40,573 bases of DNA from an uncultured Synechococcaceae cyanobacterium (GTDB taxonomy: Bacteria > Cyanobacteriota > Cyanobacteriia > PCC-6307 > Cyanobiaceae): positions 1 to 40,573 of the forward strand of contig CACBGC010000001.1 in assembly GCA_902538695.1 (NCBI GenBank). The letters run 5' to 3'. Under the pieces are notes generated by a model, which made no database searches, was not told the DNA's origin, and saw nothing but the letters and a program-made list of their open reading frames with translations. Of this stretch, positions 10,862 through 21,529 are shown piece by piece (position 1 is the stretch's first letter; each line of letters starts with the position of its first letter). The position numbers were made by a program, and so were the translations under genes.

Positions 10862-11602
10862 TTGGCAGGATCTTGGATTTTCTATACGACATTTCCAAAG
10901 ATACCCTTAATTAATCCTGAATTTAAAAATATTGCACAATTTGCTCCGCCTTTAGGATTTTTAATTGGAACAATACAGAGTTATATTTTTCTTTTTTTAA
11001 AAACAAACTCCTGGTCCATTTATGCATCTGCATTAATTTGCTTGGCTTCAGGATATTTAATTACTGGTGGTCTACACATTGATGGTTTAATGGATACTTT
11101 CGATGGTATTTTTGCGGGTAAAAAGAAACGCTTAAAAGCCATGAAAGACAGTAAAGTTGGGTCCTTTGGCGTTCAAGCCTTAGTTTTTATAACTTTAATT
11201 CAAATTGCTTGCATACTAAAAATTCAAACCCTAATAATTTTTGTTTTACCTATATGCTTATTTTGGGGAAGATTTTCAAATTTATTTTTTATTGAAAAGT
11301 TTAAATATACAAGTTATAAAAAAAAATCTATTAGACACAAAAAGTTTTGGAATGGATTTAAAAAAGAATCGTTGATCTCCATTATTTTTCTTTTAATTTT
11401 TATTTCATACCAATTTGTTTCAATTACAACCAAAGCATTATTAATAAAATTTTTAATTCTTATTTTGATTGGTATTTTTCTAAGCTATTTTATCCCAAAC
11501 ATACTGGGTAATAAAATTGGAGGCTTCAACGGAGATGCCTGCGGTGCAAGTGTTGTACTAGTTGAAACTGCAATGTTGTTTATACATGCAATTCTTTTAT
11601 AG
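10862..11602 (+). CDS. cobS: Adenosylcobinamide-GDP ribazoletransferase (cobalamin synthase)
   Basis: TGGLHIDGLMDTFDG, MKDSKVG and GGFNGD motifs in a multi-pass membrane protein. Confidence 0.94.
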   Translation: MAGSWIFYTTFPKIPLINPEFKNIAQFAPPLGFLIGTIQSYIFLFLKTNSWSIYASALICLASGYLITGGLHIDGLMDTFDGIFAGKKKRLKAMKDSKVGSFGVQALVFITLIQIACILKIQTLIIFVLPICLFWGRFSNLFFIEKFKYTSYKKKSIRHKKFWNGFKKESLISIIFLLIFISYQFVSITTKALLIKFLILILIGIFLSYFIPNILGNKIGGFNGDACGASVVLVETAMLFIHAILL

Positions 11603-12716
11603 GTAGTTCCAAATAGAAAATATTTTTCTTCTTAAGATTTTTTGATTTCGCAGTATTATCAATCGAATTATTTTGCAGCAATCTTAAATCTCCTCCAATT
11701 TGTTTTGCTAATTTTCTCGCCAAAAAAAGCCCTACGCCCGTGCCGTCTTTTTTCTTAGCGGCAGATCCTCTAAATCCTTTTTCAAAAATTTTCTCATTTT
11801 CATTTTTGGTTATTTTTTTACCATCATCAAATATACAAAGTCCATTACTCGTGAAAGCGAGACCAATTTCAGTATCTTTTTGGGCATATTTAAAAGCATT
11901 TTCTAATAAATTGGCCACAATTTCAGCAATCACAGCATATTTTGCTTTTATTGGCGATAAAGTCCAATCTGGCCAAAGAGAAGGTTCAGTCCAATCTCTA
12001 TTCTCTAAGTCCGCATTCGCTTTACCCCTTTCTAATATTGGCCTTAATAAACTCTGAACAGTTATTACCTTTTTATTATCTAAATTTGGAGGTAATAATA
12101 ACCTTTCCTCTCCAATTTCTATAGGAAGTGAAATAGGTGAATTTAATTGTGCAAAAGAATCCATATATTTATTAATTTGTTTTTGCTCTAATATCATGCG
12201 TTCGACTATTTCAATAGAGCTATTATCTGAACCAAGTCTTTTTATTAGTAATTTTGCATATGTTCTAATAGCAGCTAATGGATTCCTTAATTGATGGATT
12301 ATGACATTGACCTGATTTTTTAAATAATTGATTTCTTCATTTTTATTTTGACGTTCTAATTCGATAGAGACGCATTTAGCTAAAGATATCGAAAGGGCTT
12401 TTAATCTAGAATCAAGAGATACTGGCCAATTCCCTCCTGTCAAATCAGTTTCTACCCTAAGGACGCCAAGTAATATATCGTTTTCTTGAAGCGGGTACCA
12501 TCTTCTATTAGGGGATGAAACTTTTAGTGAAGGATCATCCTCTAATGATGTAAGTAGCCTATCAATTTGTGGCCATTGACCAATCATTTCAAAAGATGCT
12601 TTAGTTCCTTCCTTAGCTGAAGCAATATACATAACTAAATTAGTCACGCCCATTGAGCAACCAAAACTCTCTAACTGTTTAATAATTAGTTCTTCAAATT
12701 TTTTTGAAAGATTCAT
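11580..12716 (-). CDS. Soluble sensor histidine kinase, Hik2/CSK-like
   Basis: H-box HQLRNPL, N-box NLLENAFKY, DDG and G2 box GTGVGL. No transmembrane segment. The N-terminus is GAF-like. The Hik2 assignment rests on remembered motif similarity. Confidence 0.88.
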   Translation of the reverse strand: MNLSKKFEELIIKQLESFGCSMGVTNLVMYIASAKEGTKASFEMIGQWPQIDRLLTSLEDDPSLKVSSPNRRWYPLQENDILLGVLRVETDLTGGNWPVSLDSRLKALSISLAKCVSIELERQNKNEEINYLKNQVNVIIHQLRNPLAAIRTYAKLLIKRLGSDNSSIEIVERMILEQKQINKYMDSFAQLNSPISLPIEIGEERLLLPPNLDNKKVITVQSLLRPILERGKANADLENRDWTEPSLWPDWTLSPIKAKYAVIAEIVANLLENAFKYAQKDTEIGLAFTSNGLCIFDDGKKITKNENEKIFEKGFRGSAAKKKDGTGVGLFLARKLAKQIGGDLRLLQNNSIDNTAKSKNLKKKNIFYLELPIKELHV

Positions 12717-12969
12717 AATTAATAAAATTTTGAGGAATTTTTTTTAAAAAAAACTTGAATAAGGGCTTGTAAAATATGAAAAAAGTATTAAGATATATAA
12801 AGAGGTCTGACTTTAGCCAGCCTTAAATATGAATATTTAATCATATTTTAAGCTACATCAGGGGTTGATGGGTCCTCTATGTAATTTGAAGTGAATTTAA
12901 AATCACATATATAAGATTAGTAAAAATAAATAAGACTAATCTCATTAATAATTTCAGGAGTACCAATCA

Positions 12970-13338
12970 ATGTCAAAAAAAAGAAAAAGAATCAGCAGAA
13001 GAAGATTGGCTGGCCAAAGAGTAATGGCACATGTACCTATTTATCATATCGAAACTGGCAAACATAAACCAGTAACAGCAGCAAGAAGATTCATAGCTGA
13101 AAATGGTCTCTCTGCGCCTTCAGTTTTCAATGTCAGAAGAAATGAACACACCACCGATAGATTTTTTTGGGGTGAAAAAGGTTTATTTAGCGCCCAATAT
13201 GCTGAAGAAAATCATTTTCTATTTCCATCACTAAAAGTTGTAGTTGAAGGAATTGGTGAAGAAAAAATATTTGAGGGTCTAGAACTTACTGCAGATGATT
13301 GGGAAGAGATTGAAGAATATGAATATGCTTTTGTTTAA
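12970..13338 (+). CDS. DUF3155 family conserved cyanobacterial protein
   Basis: MSKKRKRISRRR N-terminus, HKPVTAARRFI motif and an upstream Shine-Dalgarno AGGAG at 12956-12960. Confidence 0.85.
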   Translation: MSKKRKRISRRRLAGQRVMAHVPIYHIETGKHKPVTAARRFIAENGLSAPSVFNVRRNEHTTDRFFWGEKGLFSAQYAEENHFLFPSLKVVVEGIGEEKIFEGLELTADDWEEIEEYEYAFV

Positions 13339-13952
13339 AAAATATTACTTATATTTGAACTTATAAAATTAATTAAATTTGAATCAATTTGATGAAATCC
13401 ATCGAATTCTAATAATTCACAAAACTTAGAAGACTTAATCTTTACCTTTTCATAAATAGTCCTTGAAGCATCTATGGGCACAACGTCATCATATAAACCA
13501 TGACTAATAATCAATGGCGAGAAATTTTCTCCCGGGGCCCAGTTGGGGTGTGGATACCCACTACAAGCAACAATTAATCCAAAATTTAACTTAAATCCCG
13601 CATCAATTGCCATTGCCGCCCCCTGAGAGAACCCAAACAAAATTGTTTTTCTTAGTGAAATCTGATCAGTATCAAATTTTTTTAATGTAACTAAAAGTTT
13701 ATTTACTTCAACCTCAGCTTCTTTCCAATCATGTGGGTATAATCCATACCACTGTCTTCCCTGACCACTTGGATGTAATCCAGGAGCTCTCAAAGAAATT
13801 ACCTCAAAATCAAGATTTATTTTTTCAGTTATCTCCTTTCCAAATGTTAAAAGGTCATCTGAATCAGCTCCCCAACCATGGATCAAAATAATTCTATGAG
13901 TTGCAGTTTGAGAGCTAATCGAGACAAATTCATGATTGATAGCATATTTCAT
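13335..13952 (-). CDS. Alpha/beta hydrolase (phospholipase/carboxylesterase)
   Basis: HGWG, nucleophile elbow GFSQG, HGxxDDVV and a C-terminal His. Confidence 0.9.
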   Translation of the reverse strand: MKYAINHEFVSISSQTATHRIILIHGWGADSDDLLTFGKEITEKINLDFEVISLRAPGLHPSGQGRQWYGLYPHDWKEAEVEVNKLLVTLKKFDTDQISLRKTILFGFSQGAAMAIDAGFKLNFGLIVACSGYPHPNWAPGENFSPLIISHGLYDDVVPIDASRTIYEKVKIKSSKFCELLEFDGFHQIDSNLINFISSNISNIF

Positions 13953-13985
13953 GTTTATATTCTTAAGTAAGTAAACTTTCCCATA

Positions 13986-15539
13986 ATGTCTCCATTAGCT
14001 TTAGTTAGTGTCTCTGATAAAAAAAATATAATCCCATTTTGTAAGGAATTGGTAGAGCAATTTAATTATAAAATTCTATCAAGTGGAGGAACTGCCAAAC
14101 ATCTTTTAGAGGCTAAAATTCCAGTTATTAAAGTTGCTGATTTTACTAATTCTCCAGAAATTCTTGGAGGAAGAGTTAAAACTTTACATCCAAAAATACA
14201 CGGGGGAATATTAGCTAAAAGAACTGATGAGGAACATAAAAAAGATATAGAAACTAACAATCTTGAGTTAATTGACTTAGTAGTTGTAAATTTATATCCT
14301 TTTAAAAAAACTGTAGATCAGGGAGCTAAATGGGAAGATGCCATTGAAAATATCGATATCGGAGGGCCATCTATGATTCGTTCTGCAGCCAAAAATCATA
14401 AAGATGTTTCCGTTTTAGTAGATCCTAGTCAGTATCAAAATTTTCTTGAAGAAATTCAAAAAGGTGAATTGAAAGACTCATATAAAGCAAAATTAGCCCT
14501 TGAAGCTTTTCAACATACAGCAGACTATGACACTGCAATATCTACTTGGATAAGGAAAGAAAGAGATTTACAATCTTCCAAATATATTGAATCTTATCCA
14601 CTAATCAAAACCTTAAGATATGGGGAGAATCCACATCAAAAAGCTTTCTGGTATGGTTTAAGTAACATTGGATGGAACTCAGCAGAGCAATTACAAGGAA
14701 AAGACTTAAGTTATAACAATCTATTAGATCTTGATTCGGCACTTTCAACAGTTTTAGAATTTGGCTACACAGAAAAAGATAACCTTACAACCGACTTGTT
14801 CGCTTCTGTTATTCTAAAACACAATAATCCTTGTGGTGCCTCAGTAAGTAATTCAGCTTCTCAAGCATTTTTGAATGCTTTGGAATGCGACTCTGTTAGT
14901 GCATTTGGAGGAATAGTTGCTTTTAATTCAAATGTTGATAGTAAGACCGCAATTCACCTCAAAGAGATTTTCTTAGAGTGTATCGTCGCTCCATCTTTTG
15001 ATAAGGAGGCTTTAGAAATTTTAAAAGTTAAAAAGAATTTAAGAATTTTAAAGTTTTCAAAAGATCAACTCCCAAAAAAGAATCAAACTTCTACTAAATC
15101 AATAATGGGTGGATTACTAGTTCAGGATGCTGATAATAGTGAAGATAAAACTGATAATTGGATTTCAGTAACTAATCAAAATCCGAGTAATCAAATTAAT
15201 TTAGATCTAAATTTTGCATGGAAAATTTGTAAACACGTAAAATCTAATGCAATTGTTATAGCAAAAGACCAAAAAACTATTGGTATTGGGGCTGGACAAA
15301 TGAACAGAGTGGGGGCAGCCAAAATTGCATTAAAAGCAGCTGGAAAGTTGTGTTCAGATGCTGTCTTGGCCAGCGATGGGTTTTTCCCATTTGCAGATAC
15401 TGTAGAGCTAGCAAATACATATGGAATAAAAGCTATTATTCAACCAGGAGGAAGTTTAAGAGACCAAGAAAGTATTGACATGTGTAATTCGAAAGGAATC
15501 GCGATGGTATTTACCCAAAAAAGGCACTTCCTACATTAG
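13986..15539 (+). CDS. purH: Bifunctional AICAR transformylase/IMP cyclohydrolase
   Basis: ALVSVSDK, GRVKTLHP, IDIGGP, LRYGENPHQ, KHNNPCG and RHFLH. Confidence 0.98.
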   Translation: MSPLALVSVSDKKNIIPFCKELVEQFNYKILSSGGTAKHLLEAKIPVIKVADFTNSPEILGGRVKTLHPKIHGGILAKRTDEEHKKDIETNNLELIDLVVVNLYPFKKTVDQGAKWEDAIENIDIGGPSMIRSAAKNHKDVSVLVDPSQYQNFLEEIQKGELKDSYKAKLALEAFQHTADYDTAISTWIRKERDLQSSKYIESYPLIKTLRYGENPHQKAFWYGLSNIGWNSAEQLQGKDLSYNNLLDLDSALSTVLEFGYTEKDNLTTDLFASVILKHNNPCGASVSNSASQAFLNALECDSVSAFGGIVAFNSNVDSKTAIHLKEIFLECIVAPSFDKEALEILKVKKNLRILKFSKDQLPKKNQTSTKSIMGGLLVQDADNSEDKTDNWISVTNQNPSNQINLDLNFAWKICKHVKSNAIVIAKDQKTIGIGAGQMNRVGAAKIALKAAGKLCSDAVLASDGFFPFADTVELANTYGIKAIIQPGGSLRDQESIDMCNSKGIAMVFTQKRHFLH

Positions 15540-15540
15540 G

Positions 15541-16101
15541 TTATGTTGATTTTGGATAATATGTAATTTTATTAGTTTTTCTGAATAAAGACAGCCTGCC
15601 TGGTCCTGCGCATAGGAAGTAGAGAGAAATAGCCCCATATATAAAAGACAACTCGAAAGCATAATTATGGCCTTCAACCACTGCCAGAGGAAAACCTTCT
15701 AGTCCAGTATCAAGAAGATGAAAATAAACTGCAAATGCCATGGTGGAAAATAGACCAAGAGAAGAAAGCCTCGCAAAAATCCCCAAAGCCAATCCTACTG
15801 GGCATACCAATTGAGTAATTGCTGCGCCAAAAGTCCAAACAACAGGATCACCTGGCAAAAATGGGAAGTACTTACCCACTACAAACTCAGCAAAACCCTG
15901 TGGATCTTGAAGTTTCTCAAGACCATGATGAATCATTAAAGCACAAAAACCTATTCTTAAAACAAAAATCGAAAGTTCTCCAAGGATATTTACTTCTGCC
16001 CCTGAAGACGAATTGGCAACTACAACTTCAACTTTTTGGGGCGCTTTAGTTCTATTCATACTTGCAGTTTCAATCTGATTAGTTTGTGCTTTGTCTTCCA
16101 T
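15541..16101 (-). CDS. DoxX family membrane protein
   Basis: LRIG...HHGLEKL, hydrophobic helices and a C-terminal GPGRLS. Confidence 0.85.
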   Translation of the reverse strand: MEDKAQTNQIETASMNRTKAPQKVEVVVANSSSGAEVNILGELSIFVLRIGFCALMIHHGLEKLQDPQGFAEFVVGKYFPFLPGDPVVWTFGAAITQLVCPVGLALGIFARLSSLGLFSTMAFAVYFHLLDTGLEGFPLAVVEGHNYAFELSFIYGAISLYFLCAGPGRLSLFRKTNKITYYPKST

Positions 16102-16204
16102 ACTTCATTAATTTTTCATTATTCTAGTTAATAAAGTAGATCTTTTGGAATGATCTGACTAATAAATTAAAAAAACTAAGCAAATTTATAAATGAATAAC
16201 AAAT

Positions 16205-17401
16205 TCAGGAAGCAATATCAATTAACTTTTCAATAACATCTGCAACAACCTTATCAGGAGTGGATGCACCTGAGGTAATTCCAACATTAATATTTCCACC
16301 AGGTAGAAAATTATTTTTAAGTTCTAATTCTGATCCAAGTGGTTTATGAAATATTGAGTTTTCTTTAACTGATATCCTCTCTGGTGTATCTATGTGGAAA
16401 GAAGAAATATTTTTAGTAATTGCTATTTCTTGTAGGTGAGTAGTATTGGAAGAATTGAAACCGCCAATAACTACAAGAATATCAAGATCTTCATCAACCA
16501 AAGAAAACATTGCATCTTGTCTTTCTTCAGTTGCATCACAAATAGTATTAAAAGCTAAAAAGTGACTATTTAACTCTCCTGGTCCAAATTTTTTTAACAT
16601 CGTCCTTTCAAAAACCTTTCCAATTTCCTCAGTCTCGCTCTTAAGCATTGTTGTCTGATTTGCAACTCCCACTCTATCTAAGTCTTTATCAGGATCAAAT
16701 CCATTAGAACAAGCTTTAGCAAATTTGTTCATGAACTCATTTCTGTTACCTCTCCCCAGAATATATTCAGATACATAATTTGCTTCTTCAAGATCAAGTA
16801 CAACTAAATATTTTCCTGCGAATGAACTTGTTGCGAGAGTCTCTTCATGCTTAAATTTTCCATGAATAATAGATGTGAAAACATGTTTTTTATGTTTTTC
16901 AACGGTATGCCACACTTTAGAAACCCATGGACAAGTTGTATCAATAATATGACAACCTTTCTCATGCAAGAGTTTCATTTCTTGCACAGTAGCTCCGAAA
17001 GCAGGAAGTATAACAACATCGCCATTAGAAACTAAAGAAAAATCTTTTATTCCATTTTTAGCTGAAATGAATTTTACATTCATTTTTCTTAAATGATCAT
17101 TAACAGAGGGATTATGAATTATTTCGTTTGTTATCCATATATTATCATTTGGGTAATGTCTTCTAGTTTCATAAGCCATTGCCACAGCTCTTTCAACTCC
17201 CCAACAGAAACCAAAGGCCTTGGCTAACTTAATATTTAGTCTGCCTTTAGTATAATTAAAACCATTATCCCTTATAGAGCTGATCAAATCACTTTGGTAA
17301 GCTTCTTCTAACGCTTGAGCTCTTTTTGTTGGAGAATCAAAACCCCTTCTATTATATCTATCAGAATGATGAAGAGATCTTCTAAAAGCTTGAGTATCCA
17401 T
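16205..17401 (-). CDS. ispH: 4-hydroxy-3-methylbut-2-enyl diphosphate reductase
   Basis: FGFCWGV, IIHNP, DTTCPWV, TICDAT, SSN and GASTP. Confidence 0.98.
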   Translation of the reverse strand: MDTQAFRRSLHHSDRYNRRGFDSPTKRAQALEEAYQSDLISSIRDNGFNYTKGRLNIKLAKAFGFCWGVERAVAMAYETRRHYPNDNIWITNEIIHNPSVNDHLRKMNVKFISAKNGIKDFSLVSNGDVVILPAFGATVQEMKLLHEKGCHIIDTTCPWVSKVWHTVEKHKKHVFTSIIHGKFKHEETLATSSFAGKYLVVLDLEEANYVSEYILGRGNRNEFMNKFAKACSNGFDPDKDLDRVGVANQTTMLKSETEEIGKVFERTMLKKFGPGELNSHFLAFNTICDATEERQDAMFSLVDEDLDILVVIGGFNSSNTTHLQEIAITKNISSFHIDTPERISVKENSIFHKPLGSELELKNNFLPGGNINVGITSGASTPDKVVADVIEKLIDIAS

Positions 17402-17436
17402 CTTTATATATTACAACGTTTTAAATAATTTTTCGT

Positions 17437-17471
17437 AAAAAAAAAGAAACCTGACATAAGTCAGGTTTCTT
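17437..17471 (-). terminator. Rho-independent terminator of amt1
   Basis: Perfect 12-bp inverted repeat AAGAAACCTGAC-ATAA-GTCAGGTTTCTT (17444-17471) followed on the - strand by a U-tract, about 20 nt after the amt1 stop. Confidence 0.88.
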
Positions 17472-17490
17472 AAATCATTTTTGAATTAGA

Positions 17491-18951
17491 TTATTTAGCA
17501 GATGCAAAGTCTGGATACGCTTCCATTCCATGCTCTCCTATATCTAAGCCTTGTGTTTCTTCCTCTTCAGATACTCGGATTCCACCGAATAATCCTCCAA
17601 TTACAGACCAGGCAATCCAGCAAGTAACTAGTGTCCAAATAGCATAAGCTGCGGCACCAAGAGCTTGAACTAGAAGAAGAGTAATACCTCCACCATTAAA
17701 CAAGCCCATACCTGCTCCATCACCTTGTACAGCTGTACCCCAAAGACCGATAACTACAGTACCCCATACACCACAAACTCCGTGAACAGAGAATGCACCA
17801 ACAGGATCATCGATCTCAGCGGCATCAAGTGCTGCAACAGAAAATACTACGATAATTCCACCTACTAGTCCTGCAAACCAGGCCCCAGCAAGTGTCATAT
17901 CACCACAACCAGCGGTGATACTAACCAAACCAGCAAGGATTCCGTTAATTATCATTGTAAGATCAGGCTTACCAGAAGTTAATGTTGAAACAATAGTTGC
18001 ACCAATAGCTCCAGCTGCTGCTGCTAAAGTAGTTGTTACAGCAACATATGGAACCCATTGATCCATAGCAAGTTGAGAACCGGGGTTAAATCCGTACCAA
18101 CCTATCCATAGGACTAATGCGCCTAGAGTAGCTATAGCCATATTGTGTCCTGGCATAGCCTGTGGTTTCCCATCAGAGTATTTGCCAATTCTTGGTCCAA
18201 GAAGCATAGCTCCTACAAGACCTGCCCATGCTCCAACTGAGTGAACAATTGAAGAACCAGCAAAATCAACAAAACCTAAAGAATCAAGCCAACCACCATT
18301 CCATTTCCAGCTACCAGCAATTGGATATATAAATGCAGTTAATACAACAGCAAAAACAACAAATTCTCCAAATTTAACTCTTTCAGCAACAAGACCGGAA
18401 ACGATAGTTGCCGCAGTTCCTGCAAAAGCAGACTGGAACAAGAAATCAACAGTTGGGACTAATCCAGCATCAGTTACCATATCTGCAGTAACTGTTGGAT
18501 CAAAAAATAAGCCGCCAAAATAAAGCCAACCGTCAGCAACACTTCCTCCGTACATTAATGAGTAGCCGATAAACCAATAAGAAGTTACAGCTAGAGCAAA
18601 TACAAAGAGGTTTTTAGCAAGGATGTTAACAGCGTTCTTAGAACGGCACATACCTGCCTCAACCATAGCGAAACCTGCGTTCATAAAGATCACTAGAATA
18701 GTAGCGATCAAAAGCCATAGATTGTTAGCAAGAAAAGCTGCATTCAACTCAGGTAAATCAGCTGCATGAGCTGAAAGATTAAAAATACCTAAACCAAACA
18801 AAGCTAGGGGAACAGTTGCAAGCCACAACATAGAGCGGTTTGAACTAAATCCTCGAATACTCCTCAAAAGGAGCATAGGTCCATTCACAAGACTTGCATC
18901 TTGAAGTTTGGACCTAGAGCGCCTTTGAGGCGTTTGCAAAGCAGTGGTCAT
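17491..18951 (-). CDS. amt1: Ammonium transporter
   Basis: DFAGSSIVH, GWYGFN, DDPVGAFSVHG and GLDIGEHG in a multi-pass membrane protein. Confidence 0.98.
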   Translation of the reverse strand: MTTALQTPQRRSRSKLQDASLVNGPMLLLRSIRGFSSNRSMLWLATVPLALFGLGIFNLSAHAADLPELNAAFLANNLWLLIATILVIFMNAGFAMVEAGMCRSKNAVNILAKNLFVFALAVTSYWFIGYSLMYGGSVADGWLYFGGLFFDPTVTADMVTDAGLVPTVDFLFQSAFAGTAATIVSGLVAERVKFGEFVVFAVVLTAFIYPIAGSWKWNGGWLDSLGFVDFAGSSIVHSVGAWAGLVGAMLLGPRIGKYSDGKPQAMPGHNMAIATLGALVLWIGWYGFNPGSQLAMDQWVPYVAVTTTLAAAAGAIGATIVSTLTSGKPDLTMIINGILAGLVSITAGCGDMTLAGAWFAGLVGGIIVVFSVAALDAAEIDDPVGAFSVHGVCGVWGTVVIGLWGTAVQGDGAGMGLFNGGGITLLLVQALGAAAYAIWTLVTCWIAWSVIGGLFGGIRVSEEEETQGLDIGEHGMEAYPDFASAK

Positions 18952-19005
18952 AAAAAAAAATTAGATCTGCAAAAAAACAGTTTGTGCTGTTTCCTTTCAA
19001 ATTTA

Positions 19006-19048
19006 AATTTATTCAAAAAACTTATCCGTGTCTAGTAGTTGTTGATAC
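19006..19048 (-). promoter_or_regulatory. NtcA-type promoter upstream of amt1
   Basis: Perfect GTA-N8-TAC box (GTATCAACAACTAC on -, 19035-19048) followed 23 nt downstream by a TAN3T -10 element (TAAATT, 19011-19006). Confidence 0.75.
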
Positions 19049-19131
19049 CATTTTTATAGTTGCACCTTAAAAAATTATTTGTTAAATTTAAAAAATTTTT
19101 TTTTTGGATTTCAAGATATCAAGTTTTTAGA

Positions 19132-19872
19132 CTATTTTAAAGGTTTAATTCCATTCCATGATACGTGGTCTCGATGAAATTCAAATGAACATGGAATCGT
19201 TATCATTCCTGCATTAAAAGATTCTCTAAAAAGGCTGCCGTATAAGGGATCTGCATCATCTCCAGGAGAAAAAAAACAAGCGTCTTTTCTTGTAATACAA
19301 AGTACTAAAACGCTTTTACTTTCAGGAATTAATTCCTTTAATTCCATGAGGTGTTTTTGACCTCTTTTCGTTACTGTATCTGGGAATAGAGCTACATTTT
19401 CTTTAATCCAAGTTGTATTTTTAACCTCTATGTAAATGTTACGTTTATCAGGATTTGAAGATTTTGGAGTTAGAAAAAAGTCAATTCTGCTTTTTTTATC
19501 TTTTCCATAAGGGACTTCAGATTTAATTGTCTCTACTTCTCCTATTATTTGGTTTAGCAAATTTTTCTCAATAACCTTTTTGATTAACTTATTTGCAAAT
19601 AAAGTATTAATTCCCACCCAAACCTCCTCATTTTTTACATCTAAAACACATATCTGTTCCCAAGTAAAAGGTAATTTTCTTTTTGGAGAAGGGGAAACAC
19701 TTATTCTTACTTTTGCTCCCTTACTCAAAAGTCCCTTCATTGGGCCTGTATTAGCACAATGAGCAGTTACTACCTCACCACTCTCTAATTTTATATCTGC
19801 AAGAAACCTTTTATACCTCTTAATTAAAACCCCTTCAATTAATGGATCAAATTCAATTATCCGATCATTCAT
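19132..19872 (-). CDS. sfsA: DNA/RNA nuclease SfsA
   Basis: [25 protein letters not shown] and [12 protein letters not shown]. Confidence 0.96.
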   Translation of the reverse strand: MNDRIIEFDPLIEGVLIKRYKRFLADIKLESGEVVTAHCANTGPMKGLLSKGAKVRISVSPSPKRKLPFTWEQICVLDVKNEEVWVGINTLFANKLIKKVIEKNLLNQIIGEVETIKSEVPYGKDKKSRIDFFLTPKSSNPDKRNIYIEVKNTTWIKENVALFPDTVTKRGQKHLMELKELIPESKSVLVLCITRKDACFFSPGDDADPLYGSLFRESFNAGMITIPCSFEFHRDHVSWNGIKPLK

Positions 19873-19942
19873 AAATATGTCCTTAGTTAAAAATCAAATA
19901 TAATTGAAACTTAAACTTCTTGAAAAATTTAGACGAATCCAA

Positions 19943-21526
19943 ATGCATTCAATTTTAAAAAATAATGTTTTTTCAATTTCATTTGGTACTAGTCTTAGTA
20001 AATTAGCTGGATGTATAAGACAAATATTTATAGCTGCTGCTTTTGGGGTTGGTGTAACATACGACGCGTTTAATTATGCATATATAATTCCTGGTTTTTT
20101 GCTAATAATCATTGGGGGTATTAATGGTCCACTGCATAACGCAGTCGTTGCAGTTTTAACTCCGCTTAACAAAAAAAATGGAGGGATTGTTTTAACTCAA
20201 GTAAGCATAAAACTTTCAATATTATTATTAATTTTAGCAATATTAATTTACTCGAATTCCAGTTTATTAATTGATTTATTGGCCCCGAATTTAAGTTACG
20301 AAGCTAAATCTATTGCCACTTACCAATTACAAATACTTACACCTTGCATCCCTTTATCCGGCTTCATAGGTTTAAGCTTTGGCGCCTTAAATTCCCAAAG
20401 AAAATTCTTTTTATCGAGTATAAGTCCAGCAATAACAAGCATAACTATTATTTTTTTTATTTTATTTAGTTGGATTTTCAACCAAGAAAATACATCTAAT
20501 AATTTCTTTAATAACGGGGGATTACTAGCATTTGCAACTTTAACAGGAACTTTAATTCAATTTGTTGTTCAAATTTGGGAAATAAATAAAATTGGTCTCT
20601 TGAGATTAAAGTCAACCTTTAATTTATTTAAAGATGAAGAGAGGAGGATTTTCAAACTAATTATTCCAGCATCTATCTCATCGGGTCTAAGTCAAATTAA
20701 TGTTTTTATCGATATGTTTTTCGCTTCAAGTTTTCAGGGCGCAGCATCTGGACTAGCTTACGGAAACTTTCTTATACAAGCCCCCTTAGGCATATTATCT
20801 AACTCCTTGATTCTGCCATTACTTCCAAAATTTTCTAAATTAAGAAGTGAAAAAGACGAAAGAGGTCTCCAAAAACAATTAATATCTGGGATAGAGTACT
20901 GTTTTTTGACAGCTATTTTTTTAACCGGATTTTTTATAACATTCAATAATCAAATCGTACAATTAGTTTTTCAAAGAGGATCTTTTGATTATTCAGCAAC
21001 TTTAAAAGTAAAAAATATATTAATTGCTTATGCAGTCGGCATACCCTTTTATCTCTATAGAGATCTATTAGTAAGAACTTACTATTCAATAGAAAAAACA
21101 AATTTCCCTTTTAAGTCTTCAATTGCAGGGATAATATTTAATATTCTTTTTGATTGGTTTTTAATTGGTGCCCCAATTAAAAATTTTGGGAATCTTTCTC
21201 CTTATAATTTCGAAGTCGTGGGAATAATTTTATCTTCAGTAATAGTCAACCTTATAGTATGTATTTTGCTTTCTTTTAATCTGCAAAATGAAGATATCCA
21301 TTTACCTAACTTGGATTTATTGAGGAAAATTAGCCTCATGTCATTAGCAGCATTTATAGACAGCACAATTTGTTTTACTATTCTCCAAACTACGAATAAC
21401 TTCAATTCAAATCTCGAAGAATTTTTATTATTAATATTTGGAACTCTAACTTTTTTTGTGATTTATTTTTTACTTACAAAATGCTTGAAAGTAAATAAAT
21501 TTAAAGTTTCAAAAAAAGAGATTTAG
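19943..21526 (+). CDS. murJ: Lipid II flippase MurJ (MviN)
   Basis: SKLAGCIRQ..IAAAFG, DAFNYA and QINVFID in a multi-pass membrane protein. ATG at 19943 is preferred over TTG at 19904. Confidence 0.93.
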   Translation: MHSILKNNVFSISFGTSLSKLAGCIRQIFIAAAFGVGVTYDAFNYAYIIPGFLLIIIGGINGPLHNAVVAVLTPLNKKNGGIVLTQVSIKLSILLLILAILIYSNSSLLIDLLAPNLSYEAKSIATYQLQILTPCIPLSGFIGLSFGALNSQRKFFLSSISPAITSITIIFFILFSWIFNQENTSNNFFNNGGLLAFATLTGTLIQFVVQIWEINKIGLLRLKSTFNLFKDEERRIFKLIIPASISSGLSQINVFIDMFFASSFQGAASGLAYGNFLIQAPLGILSNSLILPLLPKFSKLRSEKDERGLQKQLISGIEYCFLTAIFLTGFFITFNNQIVQLVFQRGSFDYSATLKVKNILIAYAVGIPFYLYRDLLVRTYYSIEKTNFPFKSSIAGIIFNILFDWFLIGAPIKNFGNLSPYNFEVVGIILSSVIVNLIVCILLSFNLQNEDIHLPNLDLLRKISLMSLAAFIDSTICFTILQTTNNFNSNLEEFLLLIFGTLTFFVIYFLLTKCLKVNKFKVSKKEI

Positions 21527-21529
21527 TTT

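Noticed and set aside
17491-18951. Higher GC of amt1 as a sign of horizontal transfer
   Set aside because: It is explained by the Ala/Gly-rich membrane protein composition and high-expression codon usage.
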